A stretch of 64,000 nucleotides of DNA, from the IMG/VR virus record IMGVR_UViG_3300045988_094645, one strand, 5' to 3'. Below are positions 1 through 11,302 of this stretch, piece by piece; the first letter of the stretch is position 1, and every line of letters starts with the position of its first letter. This stretch comes from a virus. A model generated the notes under the pieces. That model saw nothing but the letters and a program-made list of their open reading frames with translations. It searched no databases and was not told the DNA's origin. A program made the translations under genes and the position numbers.

Positions 1-152
1 GATGGATATTATAGATACTACCGAAAATTATCTTATGAAAATCTTCTTGGAAGTCATCTTCATGAATTATATACTTATCTGTATCATCAAGAATAGAAGC
101 ATTATTGAATACACATCCAATTACCTAAGTAATCGCCGCTGTATCTATATAA

Positions 153-686
153 TTACTCTTCATGCGCTTCCTCCTCATTTAAGAAAGTAAATAGCTTTCG
201 TATATGTTTCATTGGTTGCCGTTGAGGAGGTTCTATATGGACTTCTCTTACAGGCAAAATAAACTTTCCTATATCTATTTGCTCATTTCTTTCTCTTGCT
301 TCCCATAATGCTCTCCAATAAAGATATGCTTCATCATAGACAAAAGGAACTATTCCTATTCCTCCATTAGCCTTTTCAATAGAATTACCTTTTATCTCAA
401 AAAAGTATTTTAAAGTTTTATACATTCCAGTATATGAATAATTATTATCTTTTCTAAAGGTTTCAATTTGTTTTTTAATTTTTGGAGAAATACAGTTAAT
501 TCCAAATAACTTCTTTATATAATTTTCTAATAGTTGTCTATCCTTTTCTTCTTGCGTTTTATTTTCCTCGGCCGTTTGCGCACAGGTCTTATGAGCGTAA
601 CGTCTTGAATTTGGTTTAACGTATGGTGTAGTTGATGCATCAAATACTTCTCCACAGTAAAAACATTTTACCATGTGCTTAGCCAT
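153..686 (-). CDS. hypothetical protein with N-terminal CxxC zinc-binding motif
   Basis: ORF track; ATG start at 686, TAA stop at 153-155; promoter-like motif and terminator hairpin immediately upstream. Confidence 0.45.
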   Translation of the reverse strand: MAKHMVKCFYCGEVFDASTTPYVKPNSRRYAHKTCAQTAEENKTQEEKDRQLLENYIKKLFGINCISPKIKKQIETFRKDNNYSYTGMYKTLKYFFEIKGNSIEKANGGIGIVPFVYDEAYLYWRALWEARERNEQIDIGKFILPVREVHIEPPQRQPMKHIRKLFTFLNEEEAHEE

Positions 687-750
687 ACATTACGCTCTCC
701 TTTCATAACAATCTTATATAAATATTATATCATAAAATAGATAAAAAATC

Positions 751-778
751 AAGGAAGGAGAATTTTCTCTCCTTCCTT
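751..778 (-). terminator. rho-independent terminator hairpin
   Basis: aaggaaggagaattttctctccttcctt. Confidence 0.6.
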
Positions 779-783
779 ATATT

Positions 784-1764
784 TTAATTCTTGGATAATT
801 CCTCTAATTCATGAACAATCAAATCTAATTGTTCGGCTTGGTCTGGAGTGCAATCTCCAACCTTTTTGCCCTTGCCCAAAAATTTATCTACGATAGATGT
901 AATTTTTCCAGCGTTAGATTGATTTTTAGACATAAGATCTCCAACCAGGTCGTTAAACTTACTCATTAGTGTATCAAAGTCATAAGTTACATCCTCTGTT
1001 ACAACTTGAGTTGCTTCGTTTGTAATATATTGTCCACCAGTTTCTTCTGCTTGTCTATCAATAGCATTAGAAATTGCATTTACAAGATTATCATATGTAA
1101 ATTCAATAGATTCTGGTACATACTTGAAACGAGAACCGGCAACATACTGCGGAGTTCCACGCATAAAGAGTCTTGTTTCTGTTCCTCCAGATTCATTAGT
1201 AACAGAACGAGAATATCCGATAATATCACAAGTTCTCTCACAAATTAATCTTCCTCTATTGTCAAGAGTGGGAACAATCTATGACGCAACGTCCTCTCCT
1301 TTTGCGTTCTTTTCTGTCTTTGTTTTTGCGTGAGAAATAAGAATAAGACCATAGTTAAGTTGTAGAATTTTACGAATCGCTTCGTCAAACTCTGAACTTA
1401 CAAGTGCATACCCTTTTCCATAAGGAATATCACCAATAGTATCGACACCTTCTCTGCTACAAATAAACTTTTCACAGTATCCGTATGCAATGTCTGCGGT
1501 ATCAATTACAATAGTTTGGAATTTTTCTTGTACCTCTGGTGTTTTTAATTCACTAAACAGTTTCTTAAATTCGCCCCAGCTATTAATTGGCTAGGCATAT
1601 ACTCCGGGCAACGCATTATAGCCTTTCTCAAAAGCGAGTAAAAGTGCTTTTGGAAACTTGCTCGCGATGGTGGTCTTACCACTCTTTGGGTCTCCATAAA
1701 AGAATACTGAATAACCTCTCAGATCTCTTGATACTTCATGAGGCTTAATATCTAACAAACTCAT
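784..1764 (-). CDS. Sak4-like RecA-family ATPase (ssDNA annealing/recombination), 2 in-frame TAG
   Basis: Walker A motif FYGDPKSGKTT. Frame from ATG at 1764 runs through two TAG codons (GVYA-TAG-PINSWGEF, DVAS-TAG-IVPTLDNRG) into ORF 784..1164. TAA stop at 784-786. Confidence 0.7.
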
Positions 1765-1821
1765 TTATATTCGCTCCTTATCAAAATATTTGGGAAGAAA
1801 AGGGAGATAAACTCCCTTTTC

Positions 1822-2778
1822 TTAGAATTTATATTCTCCCTTTGCAGGAGCGGCAGTAGATGCTCCACTTAGAGCATTACCCTTTGTTGCTTGATACTCA
1901 TCCTGACGCTTTTTAATCTCAGCAAGAGTAACCTCACGCGCAGCCATCTTTTCATTAAGCTCGGATACGAGAAGAGTTTCCTCATTGTCCCACTCATAAA
2001 TGTCAGGCTGTGCCCAGTTAATTACAAAATCACGCTGAGAATTACGGACTTCTTTTACTCTAGAGTCACCAAAAGCGCTCTCTTCCTCAACTTTACGAAC
2101 TACAGTCTTAGATACCTGAATTCCCTACACTCTAGTAAAGACAGGAGAGCTAGAAGTGGCTCCCAAATTCTCGAAGTAATCCAAAGCCTTTTCCGGTGCA
2201 TATGGAGCATATACGCTAAACTCGACGGGAAGAAGTGCTCCGCGGAAATCAAATACGCATCCCTTTACAGTAACCTTCTCAGGAAGATCGCGCTCTTCAT
2301 CTGCTTCCGCGCGCAATACTCCGGTAATTACCATATCGACATCAAAAGTAGCACGATTCTTTTCTTCTGCCAACTCTTGAGTTATATGGACGAATCCGCC
2401 CTCATTTCTCTTGACACTTACAAGAGGATGGCCATTAGTGTTATTATCGTACCACTCATTTAGCCCAATAGCGGAATCAACGCGGATCTTTCCTGCGTTT
2501 TCCTTACCATGCTCCATTACGGAACCAATCTTTCCATCAATGATATTCAAAAGAACTCCATAAGTTGAATTTGCTTTACCATTCTTAGTTGTCTCAGTTA
2601 CATAGCTAAAATGAACATCGACAACATTCAACATATCATCGTCTGTGGCAATTCTCAAGATACCATTAATAAATTCGGTTCCAGGATTTTTAGAGTTCTC
2701 TCCAGAAACCTTCTTTTCAAGTTTATGTTCATAGACATACCCTTCGATGTGAGTGTTATTAATCATTTTCTTGCTCAT
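1822..2778 (-). CDS. putative ssDNA-binding/recombination partner protein (1 in-frame TAG)
   Basis: ORF 2125..2778 ends in TAG (cta at 2125-2127). Frame continues for about 100 more codons to TAA at 1822-1824. Lies adjacent to the Sak4-like gene. Confidence 0.35.
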
Positions 2779-3160
2779 TACTTAATTCTCCTTTATATTT
2801 CTCAATATCAAAGTTTTTACCTTTTTCTGTCAGGGTATAGACAACAGGGTTAGAACCAAATTTTTCTACGAAACCATCTGACACTAATTTTCTGATTGAG
2901 CCAGATACTTTTCTTGAGGAAATCTCCATTCCATCTGCAATATCCTTTGCTTTTAAGGATTTCGCCTCATGTTTTTGAAGATGTTCAAGAATTTGTAATC
3001 CAGTTTCTGTAAAGAGAGGTTTCTCAACCTGCATATCTTGTTGTGAGCGAAGAATATTATAAAATTCTTGCACTTCATCTGGAATAGTGATTGGCTCTTG
3101 GTAATTAGCTACAAGCCAATCAAAATAATCTAAAAAGTTTTTACATTTACTCATAATCAT
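2759..3160 (-). CDS. small winged-helix DNA-binding protein (putative regulator)
   Basis: ORF track; TAA stop at 2759-2761. Confidence 0.3.
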   Translation of the reverse strand: MIMSKCKNFLDYFDWLVANYQEPITIPDEVQEFYNILRSQQDMQVEKPLFTETGLQILEHLQKHEAKSLKAKDIADGMEISSRKVSGSIRKLVSDGFVEKFGSNPVVYTLTEKGKNFDIEKYKGELSNEQEND

Positions 3161-3207
3161 TTCCTCTTTATTTTATATACATATAATAACATATAAAATA
3201 AAGATTG

Positions 3208-3834
3208 TCAATCAGGAGTAATATCATCAAAAATTACAGGAATCTTTTCCTTGACTTTATTCAAACCGAGGATTGCAACTTCTCTCATTTGCGGATGCGC
3301 GGCTGGAGAGCAACGGAGCTTGAAGAAATGTCGCCACTCACGCAAGTCCGCAGTCATAACTACCTCAGTTTTTAGACTATTAGGTAGAACTGCTCTTGCT
3401 TCTTGTGGAGTGCAGCCTTCGAACAAAAGTTCAAAATATTTCTTCTCAGATTCCGCACAAGACATTTCCCATAGCATATATTTTGAACTATTTGGTTCAA
3501 GATAACAAGGTTCAATTACCGTGATTTCATTTCCAAATCCATCTTTTGAATAATTACAATATCTTGTAGACTCTTGACAGTAAGCGGCTAATCTATGGCG
3601 CACAATTTCATGACTTACGCCTCTATCACAAATAAATTTAAGGGTAAAAGAACAATGTTCAAGAACTGCCTCATGGCCTCTCTTGATAATATTCTATACG
3701 AATTTTATAGCGCTATCTTCTGTAATCTTATCCTCCGATTTATAACATACTCTACCGCACTATTCAATTCGTTTAAGGATTGTTTCACCATCAATAGGCG
3801 TAATGAGTTCAACATCTGGCTTAATAATCTTCAT
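3208..3834 (-). CDS. thyX: flavin-dependent thymidylate synthase ThyX (2 in-frame TAG)
   Basis: Hand translation gives MKIIKPDVELITPIDGETILKRIE-TAG-CGRVCYKSEDKITEDSAIKFV-TAG-NIIKRGHEAVLEHCSFTLKFICDRGVSHEIVRHR...ES, which carries the ThyX signature RHR-x7-S. TGA stop at 3208-3210. Confidence 0.85.
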
Positions 3835-3836
3835 AA

Positions 3837-4115
3837 TTATTCCTCACTTAAATTATATCCAATAAGCTTCATAGAAGGATTTATCAATCGCAATAACATT
3901 TCTACTTCGTCTATTACAATCTTATCCTTCATTCCTCTGCTATGATTTAAATATTCTGAATAATTCATAAATCTAAGTCCAATAATTCCATAACTTTCCG
4001 CTTTACTTCTCATTGAGTGAGGGTTACTGCATACAAATATAGCATCATTATCCTTAGCGTATTGCATTAACTGATAAGTTTTTCCAGTACATCTATCACC
4101 AATAATTCTAAACAT
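3837..4115 (-). CDS. small P-loop (GxxxxGKT) protein
   Basis: ORF track; strong AGGAGG RBS upstream of ATG at 4115; TAA stop. Confidence 0.4.
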   Translation of the reverse strand: MFRIIGDRCTGKTYQLMQYAKDNDAIFVCSNPHSMRSKAESYGIIGLRFMNYSEYLNHSRGMKDKIVIDEVEMLLRLINPSMKLIGYNLSEE

Positions 4116-4519
4116 TAAGCTCCTCCTTTAGTTCCATTAAGACCTAATTCTTTAGTCTTATAGAACTCAATCCAATAGGTTTCTCTCTCGTTTAGTTTGT
4201 CTCTGGTTACTTCTTCTAAGACCTCAAACACAAAATTATGAACTCCAGATTTCTGCATAGCAGAGTATAACTTATTAGTTACCTTTCCATAAGTTAAAGC
4301 AGATTTAATATGCTATCTAAACCGTTCTTTTATATCAACCGATTGTCCAATATAGGACTTGCCCGTAGTTAAATCAGTTATTCTATAGATACCACAATAT
4401 TTAACTGCCTTTGGAAACAGATGGGCCATTAAAATATCATAAGCTGGCTTATAATATACTTCCCATATTAGTTTATCTATGCTTTCCTTCTTTACAAATC
4501 TTGGTTGTAATTCACGCAA
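4115..4519 (-). pseudogene. GIY-YIG homing endonuclease, frameshifted (possible pseudogene or indel error)
   Basis: GIYRITDLTTGKSYIGQS motif; in-frame TAG at 4313-4315. The conserved C-terminal part (MQKSGVHNFVFEVLEE...ETYWIEFYKTKELGLN) lies in another frame, with the shift near 4258-4262. Confidence 0.55.
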
Positions 4520-5068
4520 TAACGTAATATCATTAATATCTATTTCATCAAGAGCAAGACGATAATAATCTTGATTAGAGTCAATTTCTTCCTATCTCTA
4601 TTTGGCCTAAATATAGGAAAGCTACTTAGCCTATAAATCAGCTAATTTCCCGGCTTCAATAGAAATTTTCTTTAGTAAATCTTGATTTTTAGCATCAAAA
4701 GTCAAAGAAAGTTCCTATTCCTTTTCTTTATAAGATTTTATAAGTGCGGAGACGCGTGCCTAATAGGCCTCATCAGCTTGTTTCTAGGCGCTTTCCCGCA
4801 TTTCCTCCTAAGATTTTAATAGAGCAGAAAGAATATCGTTCTCAAATGTTATGTTATTTTTTATGTTAGATAACACTTCTCTATTATGCGCTATTTCTTT
4901 TTCTATTTCAGCGTTTTTTCTTTGATTATCTGTGTTAATCTAAACTACTTCAAGTGTTTGCTTTTTGAGATAATAGATATAAATTATTAGCCCGATTATA
5001 GCTATTAATAATAATCCTATAATCATAATTAAAAAATCGGGAAGAGTTAAAACTCTTCCCGATAAACA

Positions 5069-5335
5069 TTACTCTTGTGCGTCGGGATCTAGATCAAGAC
5101 CACTCTGGGTAAGACGAAGATACTTTACCTTCTGATGGGAACCATCCTCAAGAGTTACTTCATCGGGAACGCGCTCGCCCAATCCCTTGCGCTGGAACGC
5201 AGAAGTAAAGATACCATCAACTTGACGCTTCTCAAGACCGAGAGCTTCAGCAACATCTGCGGCTGTCAAATTAGTATCATTGTTTTCCTTTAAATAATCT
5301 AAAACTTTACGAGTATTTTCTTTCATAGCTGCCAT
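5069..5335 (-). CDS. small HTH-like protein
   Basis: ORF track; TAA stop. Confidence 0.35.
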   Translation of the reverse strand: MAAMKENTRKVLDYLKENNDTNLTAADVAEALGLEKRQVDGIFTSAFQRKGLGERVPDEVTLEDGSHQKVKYLRLTQSGLDLDPDAQE

Positions 5336-5643
5336 AATTAGACATTCTCCTTTAAAAATATATTATTTATTGTTGTGTTGCTAAATCTTGAACCATAACA
5401 TCAATTTCTAGCAAAATATTTATCCCGTCATTCAATGCCATAATCTAATTAGTGATTTGCATAATTCGATTTTCGGCTCGGGATTTTTCCTCTTTCGAGG
5501 AAGATTCATTTTGGTGAATTTGCTCACACTAATATAGTTCTTTAGCGAGCTTTTTCATCTATTTTCGGGTCATATAATTTCTATCCTTTATCCCTGAATT
5601 ACAAATATATAATACAATAATTTTATTTTAGTGTCAAACAGAT

Positions 5644-6732
5644 TTATTTAAAAATTTCATCTATGAGACAGTCTTTAGCATCCTTATCATCTCTCATACA
5701 TTTGAAAACGGGGTGTCGTAGAGTATGATCTTTTCTATTGATGGACATACAATCAAGAGCTACTACGTGTCCAACAAAGTTTCCCGGAAACTCTGTCATT
5801 AGTCTTTTCATATCATCTGTAATACCTGAGCCAACTGTACCAAGATCAACTAAATTATTATCATTGTCGTATGCTCCAATTTTAATAGCTGATTTCCAGC
5901 CATTATAATAGTATTTAGTTATTGGAACATACCCTTCCGTAATTAAATCCCCTTTAGGTACAGCATCAATAAAATCACATAGCTCACCGTCAGGACTTTC
6001 CCAATATGGCCATGTATCTAGTTCTTTCCCGGTATATTCTTTCGTTGGAGGACAGAGACCTGTGCAAACTAAATCAATAGAATCCATCTGTTTAACCTTT
6101 ACTGTCGACCAAGCTGGACGTTTACCGGGAGTATATGGATAATCCTTTTTCTTTAAAACAGCTCCCTCTCCTCCAGAGTTTAAGATTTTAGAAATCTCTT
6201 CTTCAAGATTTTCAGTAATCTTTAGAGCCAGTTTTAAGAAATCATATTGAGATAAATTATGTTTATTCCATACACCAACAAGAATCTTATATCTATCTTC
6301 AGCGCCTAGATTAATTAAGTTGATTCCATCATATTCAATTATATCATGTATATAATAATGAATTGGATTATTTGCCTGTCTTTTAACAGCCAATTCTGGT
6401 AAACATCCCATAACAGTTGTTACTGTTTTAGAAGTGCACCCAGGGTAATATATTTCTCCTATTAAGATTGTATTAGAAGGCATACAATCAAGAGCTTCCA
6501 TAATATGGGGAACATTAGCTCCTTTTTCAGAGAGTAGTCCTGTTGTGGTGCTGGTATTTCGCGAAAAAAGATAGCTATAATTCTCTGTTTTTTCATACTC
6601 ATACCAGTAGCCATCAATCTTCTCTTCTAAGAAGTAGTCTCCAGATTGGCAAATTTCTGAAAGCATAGATTCTTTTCCAGAAGGAAGTTTCCATACCTTC
6701 ATTGCATCTATCATTTTAGCTTCAGGATACAT
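5644..6732 (-). CDS. ATP-dependent DNA ligase
   Basis: Adenylation motif I KIDG (EEKIDGYW); size and composition fit phage ATP-dependent DNA ligases; TAA stop. Confidence 0.8.
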   Translation of the reverse strand: MYPEAKMIDAMKVWKLPSGKESMLSEICQSGDYFLEEKIDGYWYEYEKTENYSYLFSRNTSTTTGLLSEKGANVPHIMEALDCMPSNTILIGEIYYPGCTSKTVTTVMGCLPELAVKRQANNPIHYYIHDIIEYDGINLINLGAEDRYKILVGVWNKHNLSQYDFLKLALKITENLEEEISKILNSGGEGAVLKKKDYPYTPGKRPAWSTVKVKQMDSIDLVCTGLCPPTKEYTGKELDTWPYWESPDGELCDFIDAVPKGDLITEGYVPITKYYYNGWKSAIKIGAYDNDNNLVDLGTVGSGITDDMKRLMTEFPGNFVGHVVALDCMSINRKDHTLRHPVFKCMRDDKDAKDCLIDEIFK

Positions 6733-6926
6733 TAATCAAACTCCTCATAATAAACATACACTCCCAAAACCGCTCCAACAGGAATGGCATAGAGAAGTAT
6801 AAACCAAACACTAACTTTAATCATTAAAATAAGTGGTACTGCAATAGAAATCATTATTACAAATAATATAACAATACCGGCTAGAGCAAAGAGAGCAATC
6901 TTTTTTAATTTATCTCTATCGTCCAT
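6732..6926 (-). CDS. small membrane protein (2 TM)
   Basis: hydrophobic ORF; TAA stop. Confidence 0.4.
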   Translation of the reverse strand: MDDRDKLKKIALFALAGIVILFVIMISIAVPLILMIKVSVWFILLYAIPVGAVLGVYVYYEEFD

Positions 6927-7002
6927 ATTATAACCTTTCTATTATAATATTACTTTTATTATATATAATATTATAATCTTATTAAAAATAAAAGTCAACT
7001 AA

Positions 7003-7033
7003 AGATAAGAGTAGCAAAGCTACTCTTATCTTT
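7003..7033 (-). terminator. terminator hairpin after the topoisomerase A-subunit gene
   Basis: aagataagagtagcaaagctactcttatctt. Confidence 0.55.
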
Positions 7034-9395
7034 AAATCTTAGATGTTGAAATTATTTGCTCATTATCTTTCAGCATAATATTTCCCATAGAAGTTCTATT
7101 TAACAAAGGAAAATCTGACACTTTAATAACTATAGAAGTTTTATTTCCAGAAATTAAAATCAGATCATCATCATCCACTAACTCTGCACCCGAGATAGTA
7201 TCTTTATAACAGGAGATGCCCTTTCCTCCACGGTTTTGCAATGTAAATTCTTTTAACTCAACCTTTTTTCCTAATCCGTTAGAAGAAACAATAGCCAAAT
7301 ATTTAGCTTGGTCGATGGGCAATGCAGCAATTACATAATCATCTTCTGCAACATTCATACCCTTAACCCCTTGCGCGGTTCTGGAAGAAATTGGCATTTC
7401 CGCCGTTGGGAATCTAATAACCATACCATTCTTTGTAACTAACATCATTTCCTCTTGATTGATAAATGTGATTGAAGAAAGCTCGTCGTTTTCTTTTAGC
7501 TTAATAGCAACGATACCGGTTCTCTTCATTGCATCATACTCTTCTAAGGGAACCTTTTTAATAATTCCTCGTTTTGTAGCAAAGAATATAAACTTTTTAT
7601 CTGTATCTCTTGCTAAAGTAGTATAAGCAATAGGAACTTCATTATCTTCAAATTCAATAATTGCTGATAACGGAGTGCCAACAGAAGTATTAGTTCCCTC
7701 GGGAATATTATCAACAAGGACACGATACATTTTTCCTTTTGAAGAAAAGACCATCAACATATCTTGTGTATTGGTTTTTTGTGAGAATACTGTAATATCT
7801 CCATTGGTCTTTACTCCAGTGGTATTCCTCTTTTGAGACTTAAAGTTCTTTATATCTATTCTTTTTACAGTATTCTTTTTTGTTACTATTACCATACAGT
7901 CTTTGGCTTCTACTACCACTTGCTCTTTTTCAGCTTTAGGGATATCGGTATTTAGAAGTTTTGTTCTTCTGGCATCACCGTATTTATCTCGAAGTTCTTT
8001 AATTTTAGCGACAAGTTTGAGATTTCTAACTTCTTGCTTTGTTAGAATTTCTATACACTGAGCGATAAAACTTCTCTTTTCTTGAAGTTCATTTACTAAT
8101 TCATCCTTATCAATTCTTGTAAGTTTTCCTAATTTCATATCCAAGATAGCACCAGCTTGAACATCATCAACAGATAAGAACTCAATTAGCTTCGTTTTCG
8201 CATCGGCTCTTCCCGCAGACTGTTTAATTAAACTGATTACTTCATCAATTTTATCAACTGCGGCGATTAGCCCTTCAAGAACGTGTGCTCTTGCTTCGGC
8301 TTTCTCTTTATCAAATTTAGTAGCGCTAATTAATACAGTCTCTTGATGTTTAATGTATTCTTTAAGCAAATCCAGCATTGAGCATAATTTGGGAGTTCCA
8401 TTTACAATATAATTCATATTGTATGATAGAGTAGATTGTAAATCAGTTAGCAGGAATAAGGTATTAAGAGCTTTAGAAATAGATACACCAGATTTTACAT
8501 GGAATACTAACTTATTTTGCCCAATATTGGATTCATCATCGAAATCATCCAATAGCTCACTAAATGTGTCTATATTCTTTTCAATTTGCTCCTTTATCTT
8601 GTTTCTGTAAGTTCGATAAGGGATACTTGTAAAGGTAATTGTTTGCCCATCTATCTCATAGTCGCCTTGAATTTTAAGAGAGATTTTTGATTTTCCAGTT
8701 TCAAATGCGGACTTTATATCTTTGATATTTAGGACAGTTCCGCCAAGAGGGAAATCTGGCCCGGGCATATAAGAAAGCAATTCATCAATAGTAAGATCGC
8801 CCTTTTCGATTAGGGCAATGGCTGCGTTACATACCTCTGTTAAATTATGCGGGGCTGAATTATGCGCCATAGAAATTCCGATAGCTTGTCGTCCGTTACA
8901 GATAGCATTAGGAAATAAAGAAGGAAGAACTACAGGTTCCATAAATTCTCCATTATAAGTTTCTTTAACTGGAACAACTTCCTTCTTGTAGTCATTCATC
9001 ATCAAATCAGCAAATAATGAAGGCTTGGCCTCCGTATAACGAGAGGATGAAAACATATCATTATTTTCTTGAGTTCCCAGTTGCCCCTGACCTGTAATCA
9101 ATGGGTATCTCATTAAAAATGATTGAGCCATTTTTCTCAAAACGCCATAGCAAGCTATATCACCATGGAAGTAAGATGTTGCAAGAGTAGAACCAACAAT
9201 AGCATTACACTTTTTTGTTTTACTCTTATTATCCATCTTTAAATAATCTTCCATAGTCCAAAGAATTTTTCTTTGGGCGCTTAGAAGTCCATCTTCTGCG
9301 GCTGGGATAGCTCTATCAGTAAGAACCTCTTCTGCATAAGTTAAGAAGTTTTCTTTAGCTTCATCAAGAATATCAACTTCAGTAATTAAACTCAT
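7032..9395 (-). CDS. type II DNA topoisomerase, GyrA/ParC-like cleavage subunit
   Basis: 787-aa ORF with GyrA-like architecture and no internal TAG; TAA stop followed by a hairpin. Confidence 0.8.
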   Translation of the reverse strand: MSLITEVDILDEAKENFLTYAEEVLTDRAIPAAEDGLLSAQRKILWTMEDYLKMDNKSKTKKCNAIVGSTLATSYFHGDIACYGVLRKMAQSFLMRYPLITGQGQLGTQENNDMFSSSRYTEAKPSLFADLMMNDYKKEVVPVKETYNGEFMEPVVLPSLFPNAICNGRQAIGISMAHNSAPHNLTEVCNAAIALIEKGDLTIDELLSYMPGPDFPLGGTVLNIKDIKSAFETGKSKISLKIQGDYEIDGQTITFTSIPYRTYRNKIKEQIEKNIDTFSELLDDFDDESNIGQNKLVFHVKSGVSISKALNTLFLLTDLQSTLSYNMNYIVNGTPKLCSMLDLLKEYIKHQETVLISATKFDKEKAEARAHVLEGLIAAVDKIDEVISLIKQSAGRADAKTKLIEFLSVDDVQAGAILDMKLGKLTRIDKDELVNELQEKRSFIAQCIEILTKQEVRNLKLVAKIKELRDKYGDARRTKLLNTDIPKAEKEQVVVEAKDCMVIVTKKNTVKRIDIKNFKSQKRNTTGVKTNGDITVFSQKTNTQDMLMVFSSKGKMYRVLVDNIPEGTNTSVGTPLSAIIEFEDNEVPIAYTTLARDTDKKFIFFATKRGIIKKVPLEEYDAMKRTGIVAIKLKENDELSSITFINQEEMMLVTKNGMVIRFPTAEMPISSRTAQGVKGMNVAEDDYVIAALPIDQAKYLAIVSSNGLGKKVELKEFTLQNRGGKGISCYKDTISGAELVDDDDLILISGNKTSIVIKVSDFPLLNRTSMGNIMLKDNEQIISTSKI

Positions 9396-9412
9396 TATTC
9401 CACCACCATCAT

Positions 9413-11302
9413 TTAATCAAAATTAAATCCAAGCTCATTGGCATTGTCATAAATATATTGCTTTCTAGGTTCAACTGCACTACCCATAAGGACATTTAAT
9501 AGCTTTGTAGCCTCTTCTGCATCAGAGATAGTGATTCTTTTATATCTTTCATTCATGAAGCAAACTTTCTGCAAATCTTCTGGATTTAATTCTCCGAGTC
9601 CCTTTGCTCTTAAAATATCATAAGAGCCACTATGACTTTTTTTCCACTCTTCTAGCTCATCGTCAGAGTAACAGTAATATTCGTTTCCTCTTTGGCGAAC
9701 AATATATAGGGGAGTTACAGCTCGATATAGCTTACCTGCCTCTACCAATGGACGCATATAAGTAAAAAAGAATGTAATAAGCATTAGCTCAATATCTGCT
9801 CCATCGCTATCAGCATCAGCGGTAATAACTACTTTATCAAAGTTTATCTTTGATACATCAAAAGAAGTACCAAATCCACCACCTATAACTCTAACTACAT
9901 CAGACATTTCTTGGTTAGATAAAATCTTCTCTATGGCAGTTTTCAAGGGAGAAATAATTTTACCTCTTAGCATATAAATACAGTCTGTTTTTGGATTGCG
10001 GGCTTCTACGGCAGAAGCGCCAGCAGACAAACCCTCTACGAGAAGTAAATTTCGCTCTTTGGGATTTTTGTTTATGCAATCAATAAATTTATTACTAATT
10101 TGCATTTTTGCCTTTAGTCCATTTTCTTTTTTAGGCTTTAATCCTCTGGCTGCTTCTCTAGCTTTTCTGGCTGCTTCTCTAGCTTTACGCGCATTAAGCG
10201 CCTTGTCCGCGATTCCTTTTATATCTTTTTCGTTTGCTGCAAACCAATATTGCAATTCCTCTGCTATTGCTTGCGTAAATGGTTTCATATCAAGTTTTGT
10301 GATTCTTGACTTAACCTGTGCGTCGTAGGCTACATTGGGGGCGGTAATATTAAAGACGAGATACATTCCTTCTTGACAGTCTTCGCCAGTAAGATTATCG
10401 TCTTTTTCTTTTAACCACCCTTTTTCACGGAAAAACTTATTCATTTCTCTTGTTAAAAGGGTTTTAATTTGCGTAATATGTGGACCTGTTTCTGTTAAAC
10501 CAGTATTAACATAAGGAACAATGGTAGAAGAATAATTATTTGTATAAGTTAGAGCTAAATCCAACTTATTTTTAGCTTCGGAAAAATTAATTGATAGACG
10601 ATTTTTTAAGATCTCTTTCCCTTTAACGGCCTCGTCTAGTAAATCCATTAGACCATTCTTTGAGAAGAATTCTGTTTTTTCTCCGTTGTTATCGAGCTTG
10701 ATAGTTAAACCCGGACAGAGACATACAATAGTTTTAAACAGTTCAGTTAGAGCCTTTACATCTGGACGAGGATCAGTGAAAAACTCCTCGCTTGCTCTCC
10801 AGAATACAGAAGTTCCATGAATATTTTTATCAACCTCAGTAGAATCTCTATCTGCGAAAACTCCCTCATTAAAAGTGATTCGCTCTCCCTGTCCATCTCT
10901 ATATGTTGTAACAATTAATTCGTGACTGAGATAAGTAGCGAGTTTACTACCGATACCAAAGCTACCTAAAGAAGTACCTTCATAAGTTCCATCTTCTCTA
11001 TATTTTCCGCTTGTGTTTAAAACACTAAAAGCAGCTTCAAGAATTGTCTTTCCATCTTCTCTAAAAGAATTTGGAATGAATCCTTGTCCCTGATCACCAA
11101 CTGTGACTCTTGCTCCATGGATTTCTACTGTGATTAAATTTCCATGACCTAATCTAAATTCATCAACAGCATTAGAGACAATCTCTACAACTAACTGCGT
11201 GGAAGTAGATGTGTCTCCGCAATAAACTCCGGGTCTTAAACGAGTAAATTCAAGAGGAGAAAGAGATTCAATACTTTTTTCATCATATAATTTTCCAGCC
11301 AT
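9413..11302 (-). CDS. type II DNA topoisomerase, GyrB-like ATPase subunit
   Basis: 629 aa with a GHKL ATPase region and TOPRIM motifs (EGLSAG, DADxDG); TAA stop. Confidence 0.8.
   Translation of the reverse strand: MAGKLYDEKSIESLSPLEFTRLRPGVYCGDTSTSTQLVVEIVSNAVDEFRLGHGNLITVEIHGARVTVGDQGQGFIPNSFREDGKTILEAAFSVLNTSGKYREDGTYEGTSLGSFGIGSKLATYLSHELIVTTYRDGQGERITFNEGVFADRDSTEVDKNIHGTSVFWRASEEFFTDPRPDVKALTELFKTIVCLCPGLTIKLDNNGEKTEFFSKNGLMDLLDEAVKGKEILKNRLSINFSEAKNKLDLALTYTNNYSSTIVPYVNTGLTETGPHITQIKTLLTREMNKFFREKGWLKEKDDNLTGEDCQEGMYLVFNITAPNVAYDAQVKSRITKLDMKPFTQAIAEELQYWFAANEKDIKGIADKALNARKAREAARKAREAARGLKPKKENGLKAKMQISNKFIDCINKNPKERNLLLVEGLSAGASAVEARNPKTDCIYMLRGKIISPLKTAIEKILSNQEMSDVVRVIGGGFGTSFDVSKINFDKVVITADADSDGADIELMLITFFFTYMRPLVEAGKLYRAVTPLYIVRQRGNEYYCYSDDELEEWKKSHSGSYDILRAKGLGELNPEDLQKVCFMNERYKRITISDAEEATKLLNVLMGSAVEPRKQYIYDNANELGFNFD

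Noticed and set aside
8419-10328. Antisense ORFs inside the topoisomerase genes (8419..8610, 9996..10328)
   Set aside because: They lie on the opposite strand within strongly conserved coding sequence. They are low-complexity translations.
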